This document shows, piece after piece, positions 38,408 through 53,279 of a DNA stretch of 64,000 bases. The stretch is from Dicyema japonicum. Taxonomy: Eukaryota; Animalia; Dicyemida. How positions within the stretch are numbered: position 1 is the stretch's first letter; the number at the start of each line of letters is the position of its first letter. Where the stretch lies: assembly GCA_011109175.1 (NCBI GenBank), contig RDEW01000029.1, positions 158,158-222,157 of the forward strand, read 5' to 3'. The translations under genes and the position numbers were made by a program. The notes beneath the pieces were generated by a model. That model ran no database searches and had not been told where the DNA came from. It was given only the letters and a program-made list of their open reading frames with translations.

Positions 38408-40165
38408 CAGTAAACTCTCTTAAATTGCCATTTTTTAAAGAAATATATAATTTTTAGTAGAAAATTTGCAATTCCGAAATTTGCCATAATTTTTTAAAGT
38501 TTAAAAAAAATTACTGAAAATTAAAACAATAAAACTTTATTCAAGTAGCATGCCTCGTGTGATCTAGAGTCGAATACAAGACTCACTATCGAACAGAAGG
38601 TGCAAATATTGCATTATAAGGACGACAATAACTTATTATGCCAAAGAATTGCCGATAAATTTTCCTTTTTGTTTAAAGTGAACATTTGCTGATGGACAGT
38701 TAACGCTATCTTAAAGAGTCGTGAGCCAATTTTGGAACAATTTAAAACAAAAAATTAATCAACAAAAACAGTCAAAAAGTTAAAGTTCCCCACGTTTATG
38801 AGTGGATGGATTCGATGGAAGCAAAAGTATTCTTAGTGTTTTTAAATTTTAAGGTGCATTGTTGAGCGATGCACTAATCTCCAGTAAAGCAGAATTCTTC
38901 GTTAAGCAACTTTCTCACGACTATTTCAAAAACTCATGGATTTTTATCCAAATTTAAGAAAAGGCATAGATTTCGGATGAGGAAAAATTACATGGGCAAA
39001 TGTGCACTGAGAAAAGTGTCGATATTGAAGGGTTTCTCAAAGAATTTCAAGAAGTTTCAAAGTCATATACCTAGGATCAGATTTATAACCTGGATGAAAC
39101 TGGGATTTTTTACAAGTTCATTCCATCCAGAAGTATCTGCAAGACCCCATTCGGAAAATACAAAAACTTTAAGGATAGAGTATCTGTGATGTTATGCACA
39201 AATATGTCTGGAAATCATAAATTAAAGCCTTCATTGATTGGAAAATCAAAAAATATGATTATCAGTGTTCTGTTTCGATTACAGTTCCAAAAAAGCATGG
39301 ATGACCGAATTTATTTTTATTAACTGGATGATAAATTTGACAACCTTTTGAGAACAGAGAAGAAATCAATTTTGCTCCTTATAGACAATTCTCATTGCTT
39401 CGAATTTGGAAAATATAAAAATAATGTTTTTTTCCTAAAAATGCTATTTAATAATTCAGCCAATGGATTTGGGAATTATAAAAACAAGTCCACTTTAATA
39501 GACACAAATTCGAGTGTCTTACTGGATTATTGGAAAAAGAAAACGTGTCAGTTTATGAATCATAAAATTTAAACCTTAAAGACACAGTTCTATTTTATAA
39601 ATGGCCTGGGAATCCCCTAAAATTGTTTTCAAATTCTAAAAAAATCGGGTACTAGCACACCTTTAGTAAACGTGAACTAAAAAAATATACTAATACGGAT
39701 ATTCACGATCCGATTGAAATCGAAGACTTTATGTCTATAAATTATTAAAATGCAATAGGTGAAAAAAATAACGTCATTAATTGATGATAATGAGATAATC
39801 ATCCATGAAGAGACTACTGAATTGAAACAACTAAACAAAAATGAAATAGCAATTAAGTTAAGCGAAATTGAAAAGGATTTTCTTGAGAACGTGGAAAACG
39901 AAGAGGATGTCGTCCTTATTACATCTCTTAGAAGATTTAATGCAAATATTAGAAATATAAAAAAGCAAATGAAAATTGAATTATATTTCGATAAAATTGA
40001 ATACTTCATTTTTTAAAATTATTTTTTTTCGTAATAGTATCAAATTTAGTTATTTTCATAGATGAGAAGTTACCCAATAACTATTTTAAAATTAAATTTG
40101 CCGATTCCCAAATTTGCCGCAAAAACTGCTGGAACCAAAAATGGCAAATTTGGGAGAGTTTAGTA
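38408..40165 (+). mobile_element. pogo/Tigger DDE transposon, near full length and decayed
   Basis: TA-CAGTAAACTCTC...GAGAGTTTAGTA-TA termini; DETGIF, KDRVSVMLCTNMSG, KKAWMT and ILLLIDN motifs. Confidence 0.85.
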
Positions 40166-40249
40166 TAATTTTTGATTTAATTTATTAATTTTTTAAATTA
40201 ACTATTAATAATATATTTTGCCACTAAAATTTTTGGTTGACATGCCCAA

Positions 40250-41800
40250 GATAGCAAAACCGTACCAAATTAAAGCTAAGGCCATTATAAAGGATTATCC
40301 TAAAGAATTTATGATTCTTGAGGATGGTGCGCTAAATTGTCGACTCTGTGTAATATAAAATGCGAGAAAAGGCATTTTGTGAATTCCAATCGAGCCTCAC
40401 AAAAACATCAAAATTAATTGAGTTTTGCGAAACAACAATTATTTTTTGTACATTTTCTGACTGAATCGCACCAAACACACATTGACCAATATTCCAAAAT
40501 TGATGATTGGGCTCTACAAGTAACCAGAGCATTCATAAAATCTGATATTCCACTAAACAAACTATCTATGCCGTGGCTTAGAGAATTGTTCTACGAAGGC
40601 TCTGTACTAGTTCCCTCACCATCAAAAGCTAGAAGGTGTGTGGATCAAATCATAATGGATCAAAAATTTTTTGCTATTACGGATGAAACAAAAATCCGGG
40701 GCCAAAGATACGTTGCTGTGATAATTGGATCGTTAAATTTTCCTGAAACAACATATTGATATCGTTTAAGGCGGTAGAATCTGCTCCTAACTAGAACATC
40801 ATTACTCAGATAGGAAATAATTTGGTTCAGAGGGAAAATTTCCTTTTGTTAATTTCGGATGCTGCAAATTATATGAAATCAGGCAAAATTTTATGTTTTA
40901 GCTAGCAAATAATAAAGCCTTTTCACGAGAGCCATAGTATTTTATAGCTCCGCATAGGCAGGACACACACTTTATTTAAGTAAAGAACAGTTAATTTTAA
41001 CTAATCGTAGAACCAAGGAATGATCTTCACTTCTTTTTTTTTCTTTTTCTTGTGTGAGTGTCCTTTCTAGACAAATCCAGTTCCGCAGTGAGTATTCACT
41101 GATGACGGCGTCACTCGTCAAACCAAGCTAGCAAAATACCTGAAAATCTTTACCCCAAGTTATTCCACGTCACATGTGCGTTCATCTATTACACAATTTT
41201 TGTGGGAAAATAAGAGACTTATCCGGAAATTGAATTGATGATAGCTACTGTAAGCAGCAATTAACAAGAACAATAGAAGAAAACTAATATTCAAAGACAG
41301 AATTCCACCTCATGTGCATTTGACAGGATGGGGGACCTGGATTAAGGCCGTACTATTCAGAAAATCTGATCGGAGTTCAAAATATTTTCGAATCATTCGC
41401 GGATGATAGTTCGAACAGCTAAAGAAAGTCTCAGAAACCACATGTTAGTTAGCAGTCTATGTGACCTTATCCGAAGCTATTCGAACATTCCAGGTTCGCG
41501 AATAATGTCGCTATTGCAGATATTGTTACCAAAGAACACGCTCCACGATTGAACAAGCATATGTGGTTTAGACTCGTTGGAATTTGGAAATGACAACAAA
41601 CTTATTAAAGAATACATAAATAAAAGGCTTCAAAAATGATATTTCAAACATAATTAAAATGAATAATTCACACATATCTCCTGCCGAGTATTCATTACTC
41701 CTGAATTGTCAGCCAACTCGTGCTCGGTTGAACGATGTTTCTCTGAGATAAGAGTTTTCTAAGATCCAACCGAAATTTTCTAACAGAAAATTTAGAAAAT
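40250..41800 (+). mobile_element. hAT-like (DUF659/CGGBP-type) transposase remnant interrupted by a SINE
   Basis: AFIKSDIPLNKL, ITDETK..QRYVAVIIG, LISDAANYMK, and a frameshifted HVTC...HLLH motif after the SINE. Confidence 0.65.
40910..41125 (-). mobile_element. SINE family A, 5'-truncated copy with perfect TSD
   Basis: Highly similar to 12809-13010; AGCTAGCAAA duplicated at 40900-40909 and 41126-41135. Confidence 0.85.
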
Positions 41801-42119
41801 TATGTAATTTGTATGTGTAGCAAAAAATTTTAGTGTTTTTTTGTTTAGTTATAAAGTTAATTTTTTAGGTTAAATTTTTTATTTTTTAGGTTCAAAAAAT
41901 CTCCCTAGTTATGAGTCACAGTGCTAAAAACAATAGAGGTGTACCATGAAGTCACACTTTATCAGTCGGAAAATAATTATAATCACTTCGGTGGAGATCG
42001 ATTATGAGGTAAGTATTACGGGATCTGATTGGGATAGTTGTCTCAAATTGTCCATTTTTCAGGTTTTTTGCTTTTTATGTCTACCGGCAAAAAACGAGTG
42101 ATGCTGTAATTAGTGAACT

Positions 42120-42285
42120 TCACTGCGGAACCAGACTGTCTATAGAGGACATACACCCTAGAAAAAGAAAACAAAAAAGTGAAGAGTATTCCTTGATCCT
42201 CGATTAGCGATTATAACTGTTCTTTGCTTAAAATAAAGTGTTGTTCTGCCTGTGAGAAGCAATAACTGATATGGCTCCTCGGAAA
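42120..42285 (+). mobile_element. SINE family A, 3' fragment
   Basis: CACTGCGGAACC...GATTAG...TAACTGTTCTTTGCTTAAAATAAAGTG..TGCCT. Confidence 0.65.
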
Positions 42286-43949
42286 GTGAGAACATTATTA
42301 TTAGGCAAAGAAATTACTGAACACGAAATTATCCATAATACCAGTCTTAGTTAGAAGGCTAGGGGATCGCTATATTGCTGACTTAATAGACCAAGGAGAT
42401 ACTCAGAAATGAATGATGGATATATTTCTGATATTAAAGTTTAGATATTGGTTTTTGTGGACTCTCGAATTATGTTAAGCTTTTGAAATTCCTAAATGGG
42501 AGGTTTAAGCAGAAAATAGAACATGTCCGATGTAGGTCAAGAGGACAAGTCGAAAGGTAAATCATAAGTTATAATTTTGTAGATTTAATCGACGAATTAA
42601 ACTTGGATGTCTTCTGCCTCCTTGTCTAGAGGTTATTTTGGAAATTATTGTACGTTAATAAAAGACATTGTCTTTGCTTACAATAAAAGTTTAGAAAATT
42701 AACTAATTAAGAGATTTTTAATCCAAATTGTTGGTAATCCCTCTTTTTCTCTCAGAAGATGAGTGTGCCATCAACTCCCTGTTACTCCCCATCTCCCCAT
42801 CAGATTCAGTCGAAATATTTCTGTTAAAGTCCAGTGGGCTGTCCTCACGGCATGCCAGTTCCACAAGTTGGAAGTAGCAGAGGCGTACTCTTAATCGTAA
42901 ACCTTCATCCCATGCTTATGTTCAATGAGCATACTTTCGAGCGTTCCCTTCAGGACAACCGATTGGATGTAGGTCCTCGTTGATTCCTCAATTTATTCAT
43001 ATGATTCTTGAAACACAATTCTTCTTTTGATATATTATGAATAATGTGAATTTTATTGAAGAACAGCAAGAATTAGTCAAGTAGAAATGATCTTGATTTT
43101 AGATTATTATTTTAGTGAATTACAGTTTAGCTATCGATAATGTAACTTAGCCGAAATTTTATAAATCCGAGACTGGTGCACATACCAAAGGTCGTGGGGA
43201 AGTGAAATTGGGGAACAAGTCCAAATATGAAACTGCTAGACAAAATGTGGGCTAGTAGTTTTCTAGTATATAAATTTAGAGTTTATGTGGAGAAAACATA
43301 TGATCACTCATTCACAGAGATCGTAGAAACATAGAAACCATTGCTTTGATTAGTCTTTCTCATGAAACGTTCACTTACAATAATTTTTTTCAGAAAAATT
43401 GCAATAAAATTTAAAAATAGTGATAGAACATAATAAATTAAAATATTATATTTTCCACTAAAAATAAGATTTTTTTTGCAAACGAGCTAAAAATTTGGAA
43501 ATCTGATGGTAAGTTGACAGTCCGGCCCCTTCTTCAAATAGACCAATCAGAATCTTTTCATTCATTGAACATCTCGGTAGACCTGGTTCGTCTACAATGT
43601 GGACACCAATTATGTAAACTGGATAATGTAAAAGTTGTCCTCTGCTCCTTTTGCAACTCTTCGAGTTGGCAGCAAATCATCTGAATTAGTACAATGTTTG
43701 TCTACAATGACAAGACTGACCAATCTATGCTAGCGATCGACATTTGTTGCGTCCTACTTAATAGCCGCTGGTCTCGTACAAGTTAGTGAGGCCTGGGATA
43801 CTTAACTAACTAGCTCAGGGAAATCAATGAGGGTCCGTGGCCTCTGTTTCCTGTTTTTAAAAATGAACTAGGAAATGCATTGGGAAATGCATTGATCGGT
43901 CATAAAGAAAGATACCTCAATCAAGTTAATCTGTGGGCATTCACGGAGA

Positions 43950-44260
43950 CTTTTCCTTTCGACATTTGGGCCATTTGTAGATTGTGCAGGGAGAGTTCGG
44001 TGATTATTGGAAATTGGGATCACAAAATAAGTTTTTTTTTAACATCTTTCTTGGTGGTCTTAGGGTTCTCTAATAATAGTAGCGTCCAATTTAGTTGAGT
44101 AATCGACATCTCCTAGTAATGTCTTTAATGTACCCTCAATCAGTCCATTCGTCATGGAAGAAACTAAAAGAGGGGATATTATGGAGTGCAGGACAGGCGA
44201 AATCCAATGTATTGTCACAGAAAGAGCTCTTCCAGTGTCACACAAGTACATCCAGAACCG
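43950..44260 (-). mobile_element. Gypsy integrase remnant
   Basis: CDTGRAL...MTNGLIEGTLKTLL resembles the SDNG...SNGLVER..TLK core; decayed. Confidence 0.3.
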
Positions 44261-45754
44261 ACATAAAGGTGAAGACGGCCATTCCTTGCAATTGAGAGAA
44301 CCCCTTCAATAGAACGGGGGAGAGCAAATAATCATTTTTTGACTCTTCAGTGAGTTCCAATCCACAGTAAATTTGCCATACAAAGACGGGTCACAATCTT
44401 TCATACGGAAAAACGTCTTTTCTCCTCCACGGTCTCTCTTACTGATCTCAGTAATTCCTCTATGTTTTCATAGGGAGAGAAACATTATAATCGATCTCCT
44501 CTTTTCCAGCATCAAGCCGCTTTTTTCCTTGGAGGGAAAAACCGCCCTTCGATCTATATATGAGTGTAGTAGAGAGATTCAGGGAAGAGAAAAGTACCGA
44601 ATCCTGAGAAGTAATCATCTCCTTCCTGAAAGTTCTGGTTTCTTAAAAGCTTTCTTTCTAAGCTCAGATGTTTTTTATTCGGTTTTTAAAAGCTATTTTG
44701 ATATCACTAGCAACAAATACGTGCTATAACCGTTCACGTGCTTACCTAAAGGTTGAAGAGTTTGGATGAGATTCGAACGCAATGTTATTTTACGTTTATT
44801 CTGAACTCTGTCATTCGTTATGCGAGGAGATGGGGGTGAAGGAACTTATCATCGTTATTTTTCTCAGTGGCTTGTCCGCGGTGGTAGTCACAATTTAACC
44901 GTAAGACTGGCTATCCCCCAATATGCAATTTGTCAAATCTAATTTCACCCCTTTTACTACAGATGGGAGATTCATGAGTGAACATGAGTCATTCCTTAGT
45001 GCTGTCAGTATTCCATTATTGAGATTCCAGATCTTCTGCATCACTTTCAACTAGTTAATGCTATTTACTCGTCAGAGGAAGTCAGGACCAAGGAGTTTTG
45101 GAGGTGGAATGTTCTGAAAGGTACTGCAAAAGATCCTCTTCTTCTGAGGTGCTTACTATAATTCGAATCAAATCTCATGTGCGTGGTTCCGTAGTGAATA
45201 CTGCTGAAGATTCGAAAAGGGGGAAGTATTAGGGGTTGGTTCGCTTTCCTGCCGATCTCCGTTAAAACGTCTGGTGTTATTGGCCTCGGGCGGCTTGCAT
45301 GACGGCGGAAGAGTGAGCCTAAGATGACGTGATGGCTCTTCAGAAAATTGGGCTCGAGATCATAAGGGGTCACACCAATCGCGTCCTCAATGCCTGCTGG
45401 CCATAATGGGTACATTGTCATTAGTCGTTCGTTTTGTCATTACTCAAGGTTATTAATGTACTGAAGTGGCCTGTAGAAAGATAAAATTATGATAAAGGTC
45501 ATTCAAGCAGAGTAATTAAGATCACGTCATCTAATCCCATACAACACACCACCAAGAAATGTCAAGACATAAGGATTGCTTAGAGACAAACTAACTTGCA
45601 AGAGAATAAAGCCATCCTAAAGCTAAATCAGTAACCCAAAAGTAAAATAACTAATAAATTTACCAAAACCCTCAAATAAAGTGAATAAATTACAATTAAA
45701 ATCAATACATTTATACAAAAGTCCAAATGAGCAATAACTCGTATTCAAAACTTA

Positions 45755-47801
<2,047 letters not shown>

Positions 47802-48216
47802 ATAAATGAGAGCATAACACAGTCTAATTATTGAGTGATTTAAATAATAATAATTTATAATTTTAAAATATTAAATTATAATATTAAATATTATTTTATT
47901 TTAAATCTTGTGCTTTTGAATCGTATTAAATTAATTTTTAATTCTTATTCATTTCTTCGTTTAAGCTGACAAAAATACTGGTTCTCTTTCAACAATTTGC
48001 TATCTAACTGTTCTTCACTAAAGTGTGCATCCATCCAAGTAATATGGCTTATTATTATTCGTTAATGCAAAACTGTCAAATTTAATGACGCAATAAAGTA
48101 ATTTTAGTGATATTTAATTTTAGTAATATTAAATTTAATAATTATTCAAATATTTATATATATTATTTTTCTTATTCAATGTCTACATTTAATGACTGAT
48201 TTTTTAATTTTACTGG

Positions 48217-48540
48217 ACACCGCCGCGTGGCTCATGTGGTGCTTCGTGGCTAATTGGTTGAAGTTTCTGTTTGATCGTCTGTTTCTACTCTCTTTTTCTA
48301 TTAGAGTGGCGTTATGTGATCCATTTGTCTAGGTGGGCCAGTACCAGGCCGGCACGAAAAAGGATCATTTGCTCTGCCCCAATCCACTGGAGGGGTTTCC
48401 ACAACTGCAACTATGGACGTCTTACCCTTAATGTTGATTCCGGATGGACTCTGTTTCCTGTAGAAGTGGAAACTGGATACACTTAATTGTTGTTTACTTT
48501 AACTTATTTATCGGTGTATCCGGGGTTAATAAATTAATTT
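48217..48540 (+). mobile_element. SINE-like family B, long copy
   Basis: Colinear with 2287-2590. Confidence 0.6.
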
Positions 48541-49328
48541 AATGACTTTTCTTGTTTAAAGCATTCAGTCTCAAGAGAGTCTCCAACGAAAAGGATATTT
48601 GAATCGGATATCCACCCTAACCTGAAAGGATTGGTCTCTAACTTTCTGAACGGAAGGCGTGGGCAGGTAATTTCTATGAAGCCATGAACAAATACATTAA
48701 AAATCGCCCTAGATACGAGATAACCACACGTCCTTTCAGGAGAGTTATCCAGGAGGATCTCCCAGTTCTGTTGCAAGTAATAAACGCCTAATTGAGACTG
48801 TTCTCAGAATAGATAAAATCAGACACTTTTGTCGTCCACAATTGATAAGAGTTTCAAGGAATCTACAATTGGGTTTATGACGGATACGCAACCAAAAATA
48901 TATTCACTTTTCGGCGAACTATGAGTTAATAAGTGAGGTTCTACTTCACAAATTTATTTTGATTACAAGAGATTGTGACCATTTGAGATGGAATCAAGCT
49001 ATCCAAGTACACAAAAGAAATTTTATTTTGAGATCTTTAGGTGATGTTAGAGAAGACACCGGGGAGCTTGTTAACGCATGGATGGGGTCAAACTTTATGA
49101 GAGTAATCAGTGAGCTAGTTTGATAGGAAATAACTGAATAATGAGAAAATAGAAGTGACTAACACAAAAGTTTCCCACTAACAATTTTCTAGGTTTGTTC
49201 TTCATGCAGTGCAAGATGATCCGTTCGACGTACTCGGAGAATGGAAGTCGAGTTGAATGATTTTTATTTCTAATTCATTACTTTACACTGCATTTTACAA
49301 AAAGCCGAGTTAACTATCGCTCCCCCAA

Positions 49329-49535
49329 GCAGGGCACACTTTATTTAAGCAAAGAATAGTTATTGTAACTAATCGAGAACCAAGACATGCTCTCCTCTTC
49401 TTTTTTGTGTGAGTTTTTTTATAGAGGATCCGGTTCCGTGGTGAGATGTTCAATGATGACGGCGTGACTCGTCAAGCAAACCATCGCAGATGCATGGAAC
49501 CTTCATCCGGAATGTACAGCAGCGAGATTCTAACT
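49329..49535 (-). mobile_element. SINE family A, degenerate copy
   Basis: GCAGGGCACACTTTATTTAAG...TGATGACGGCGTGACTCGTCAAG...GGAACCTTCA matches 12860-13050. Confidence 0.7.
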
Positions 49536-49759
49536 TAGAATTTTTTTCTTTTCGCGAAAAAAACAGAAAGCCGCTTATTCTGTCTTAAGTAAAGTCCACC
49601 GTTCCAGTTTTCTTTTTTAGTTGATTTCCTGTGCGAGCGAGAAGGAGACGATTCTGGGCAGCGGTGTGTACAATGAAGGACCAGAGACTAAAGATGGCAG
49701 TGTTCATTGTGGGAACTAGGATCACCTAAACTGTTTGTCTATACCCTGTGACCATGAGA

Positions 49760-50260
49760 ATGAATAATATAACCTTGTTTTGAAGTAGACCCGAACTTTT
49801 GGTACCCTTACTTGAGCTTAGGGATATTCCTATAAATAAGACATTTTCTTAGTGAGTAACGAATTTGTTTTATTTCAAGCAAATTGTCGCTGCCTTGAAA
49901 TATATGGTTTCGGGAAACAAACTTAGAATTCTAATAATTACGTCCACGGGGACATCAAATCAGACATATCCTTGATTCTAAGGACAACGTAGTTAAATTA
50001 GCCGATTTTGGATTTTCAATCAGAAATTCCCAGACATTCAGCCGAATCCCTTCATACGGTGCTCCCGGAATGGGAGTACTTCTATACTACATTATCAGTG
50101 AAGACTTTCTTTTGAAAGGGAATAAAAGGGACTGCAATAATAGAAGTTGCTTTAGAAAGATTGATATTCAGCTAGAAATAAGCGATTCATGAAAGTGTCT
50201 CATAGAATCGCTGCTTGATGGCGATCCCCGAAAAAGTTGACGAACTCTGATTTTGAATGA
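49760..50260 (+). pseudogene. Ser/Thr protein kinase pseudogene (CAMK/MARK-like)
   Basis: FYFKQIVAALKYM, YVHGDIKS, VKLADFGFS, PSYGAP and GVLLYYII in shifting frames, with a deletion between subdomains VIII and IX. Confidence 0.7.
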
Positions 50261-50899
50261 CTTGACTGGGGAGACATGGAAGGACATGATCAGAAAAGAC
50301 ACTTTTCCCTATTCTTTAACGTAAACAGTATGAATACACGAGGATCTGTATTAGTGATTTATCCCCTGAGAGTATATACCCAAGCATCCATGTCTTATAG
50401 AATTTACTCACAATTCCCTCCCAAGTCAACACAATAGGAATAATCATAACTTTGCGCTGTACATTTGAGACAACTCTCCTGAGGTCGATTTGTGGAGTTA
50501 TTCCACATCAACTATTTTCATCATCTTCTAACAAGTGATTCCAGCCTCTAGTAATCTCATTTGTCCTTTTATCAAAACAAAAATGTCCGGCTTGTTGTGC
50601 TGTTGTTTAACATCAGTCAATAGTGTCGACTCGAATCTCCACATTACTGGACAGAGTCTTCAGTTTTTTTGAATATTTAATTCCATCGACACAAATTTAA
50701 ATGAAGGCATCTAACCAACTCATTATGACGTCGTAGTAATCACTATTTAGCATTCTACTGCATCTTGTTGCCAGATGGCTGACTATGCAGATTTTCAATG
50801 GTTGCAGTTCGGTTCCTTATCTTCAAAACAGGAGAGATGTTATTTCCTTTTGAAAACCACTTCGAAGATGACGTCAACACTTGAATCTTTAGGCATTTG

Positions 50900-51950
50900 A
50901 ATATTACTGAACGATCAACTTTGAACTTGTTTTATTTCACGAACACGTAATTCAGAGAATCATCCAACTTATATTTTTGAGTTAGGAATCCCGCGATCGT
51001 CTTTAGACTGACGGCCCATAACCGCTTTCCTCAGAAACAAGATTTTCTCTCGAGTCATGGAGGAATTAAAATAGCACACATTCACTCTTGAACACAACTG
51101 ATGTTAGTACTCTCCAAAATTTATCTCTTGATAGGTGTACTCTTTCCTTGTTTGCGGGTCTCATATGATGTCTTCTAACACTCCAAGAAATCGACATGCC
51201 AACGTTCCATCCAAAATGTGGGTTCCTTTGATAAGCAAGTATTCCAGATTAGTACCCCATGTTTTTTTTCATTTAAAAATACTTCAATGTCTTCTATCAT
51301 CCTAATGCTGTCTCTTGAGAAAATATTCACAAATCATACAAAAAGCAAAGGCTTCGTGGCATAAATTATCCTTGAGGGGGATGACTGACTAATATACACT
51401 GTTGGGTATTTTCTACTCAACAACCTCCTTAGAGGATCATCCATAATCACAAAAAGCTGTGAAGGAAACTCCTGCCAAATCGTGTTTATTACATTCTATT
51501 TGACTTGGCTGCCGAGTCGCTTTCTTCACAATCCAAGTTGAATATCAACAATTTCTATCCCCGATGAATGCATTGATTGATAAGGGTCTATTCCTTAGCA
51601 TCCTGGCACATCCTTCTCGTTCCAAGTTGATTGTCCGGAATAAGTATGTTTCAACGAAATCACATTTTCCTGTTTACACGTTTCGTTGTCAATTTATATA
51701 CGTTGAACATACAAGTGATGGTCATAAATCTTTGGAGTTCTGCAGTATTCTTTTTTGTATGTGATCCCAGTTAATATCATTGGGGGATATGCTCTATTAA
51801 TTATTTTCACAATTTCCTTACACAAATACTCATGCAATGAATCGAACTATTTTTATGAAAAAATTATATATTCCATGACTAGCTTTCCAGGCAATTGATT
51901 AATGATCACCAAAACAAATTTCTCATCAAAAACTGGTGGGAACACTAATA
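50900..51950 (-). mobile_element. R4/Dong-like (RLE-type) non-LTR RT remnant
   Basis: ITCMFNVYKLTT, IPDNQLGTRRMCQDAKE, LFVIMDDPLRRLL and RFLGV motifs, with stops. Confidence 0.55.
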
Positions 51951-52189
51951 TCAAATCAATCCTCCGAGATGGTTTTTGTCCTCCTCTTTACCCTTACTCA
52001 GTGTATCACTGTGGTTTCAACAACTGAAATCCTCCCCAGCAGACTATCCTTGCATCGATTGGCCTGACCAAGGCATTCGAAGGGTTCTTGCGTCTTGAAT
52101 ACCTCCAAGTCTTCGGAATTGGCTAACGAATTTCCTCTCTGGCAGACTTATTAGGGTTGAAACCGCCTTGTTTATCAACCAAAGTAACT

Positions 52190-52385
52190 AACTCTTTAAT
52201 CCTGACTCGTTCCAGCGTTCAGAACTTGTCTACAAGTAACGATTGTCCCCTGAATAAGAATAGTCGGATCCTCTTGATGCCGGCCAGGTATTGGGCGTCT
52301 CCTCAGTGAGGTGGATCCAATGACACGTCGGAGGGAAGAAAAATAATTTTTGACCAACTAGCCACATAGCAGCACGTGGGCAGGA
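52190..52385 (-). mobile_element. SINE-like family B copy
   Basis: Minus strand reads CCCACGTGCTGCTATGTGGCTAGTTGG...GTCATTGGATCCACCTCACTGAGGAGACGCCCAATACCTGGCCGGCATCAAGAGGATCC. Confidence 0.7.
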
Positions 52386-52462
52386 ATTCCGTTGTTGAAC
52401 AAATTTCAAATATATTTATTATAGTTTAATTAATTTTGCATTAATTAAATTTGAATTTAAAA

Positions 52463-52902
52463 ATGGACATTGGTGCTAAGGTTGTTTTTATGTAATTAAA
52501 CCTTTAGGTCGGAGAAATATTTGCTTATGCCGGGGAATCCTTTACCAAATTTGCCAGCTTTACGGCAACGTTAGAGTCTTCCACAGGCAAATCTCCCTTG
52601 AGGTACTTTGAATAACTCATTCTTCAGTGGAAAATGGACAGATTCCGAAATGCTACAGCTAAAACAGTCAGTCGAACGATTTCGTGACAGTCTGTTAAAT
52701 ATTCTCACAAAAGTGAAGAAGAGATCTTTGTACTTAGTCTCTTATTTAGCTCTATAGGAATATGGACTTGATGCCCATTAAGAGAAGCTCTTCTGAAATA
52801 GTGGAAGGGCCAAAGGATGTGGATATCAACGAATATTCCCTTTTTAACGATATCCCCGAAAGTGATGTCACTGAGGAAATAGTGGAAGAGGCTGTAGAAT
52901 AA
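52463..52902 (+). CDS. BAP18: BAP18 (C17orf49/BACC1) chromatin-complex subunit homolog
   Basis: Introns 52481-507, 52603-627 and 52730-757 give MDIGAKVGEIFAYAGESFTKF...GKWTDSEMLQLKQSVERF, matching recalled BAP18 KVGEIFSAAGAAFTKL...KWTETEIEML. Absent from the ORF track. Confidence 0.8.
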
Positions 52903-53279
52903 TTTACTAATAATTTCTGTAATTGATTTTTTTGTTAGAGGCTATAGGTTTGTCTTTCTGTTAGCAATAATTTATTTAAGCTATTCCACGAGGTTTTTTG
53001 CTTTTTCATTTATTTGATCAGTCCCCCATGCAATTGCTAATCATTCCTCCGGGGGTGAAGCTATGACTTCACTTGGCCCGATCGTGTGATGTTATGGCGA
53101 GGTCGTCACTATAAGTAAGAATATCATTTTCGGTGTAGGGAGATCGACCATGAATAGATTGAATAATAAAGGAGACGAAGGGGATCCTTAGAGTACCGTC
53201 TTGTTGTTGCTGTAGGCTCTCAGTAAGCGCACGGTAAATTTGCCAGTCTGCACGTTTGTAGTCAAAGTGCTCTGGAAAC

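Noticed and set aside
45065-45421. 118-aa minus-strand ORF downstream of KAT6
   Set aside because: No recognisable domain or gene boundaries; may be TE-derived.
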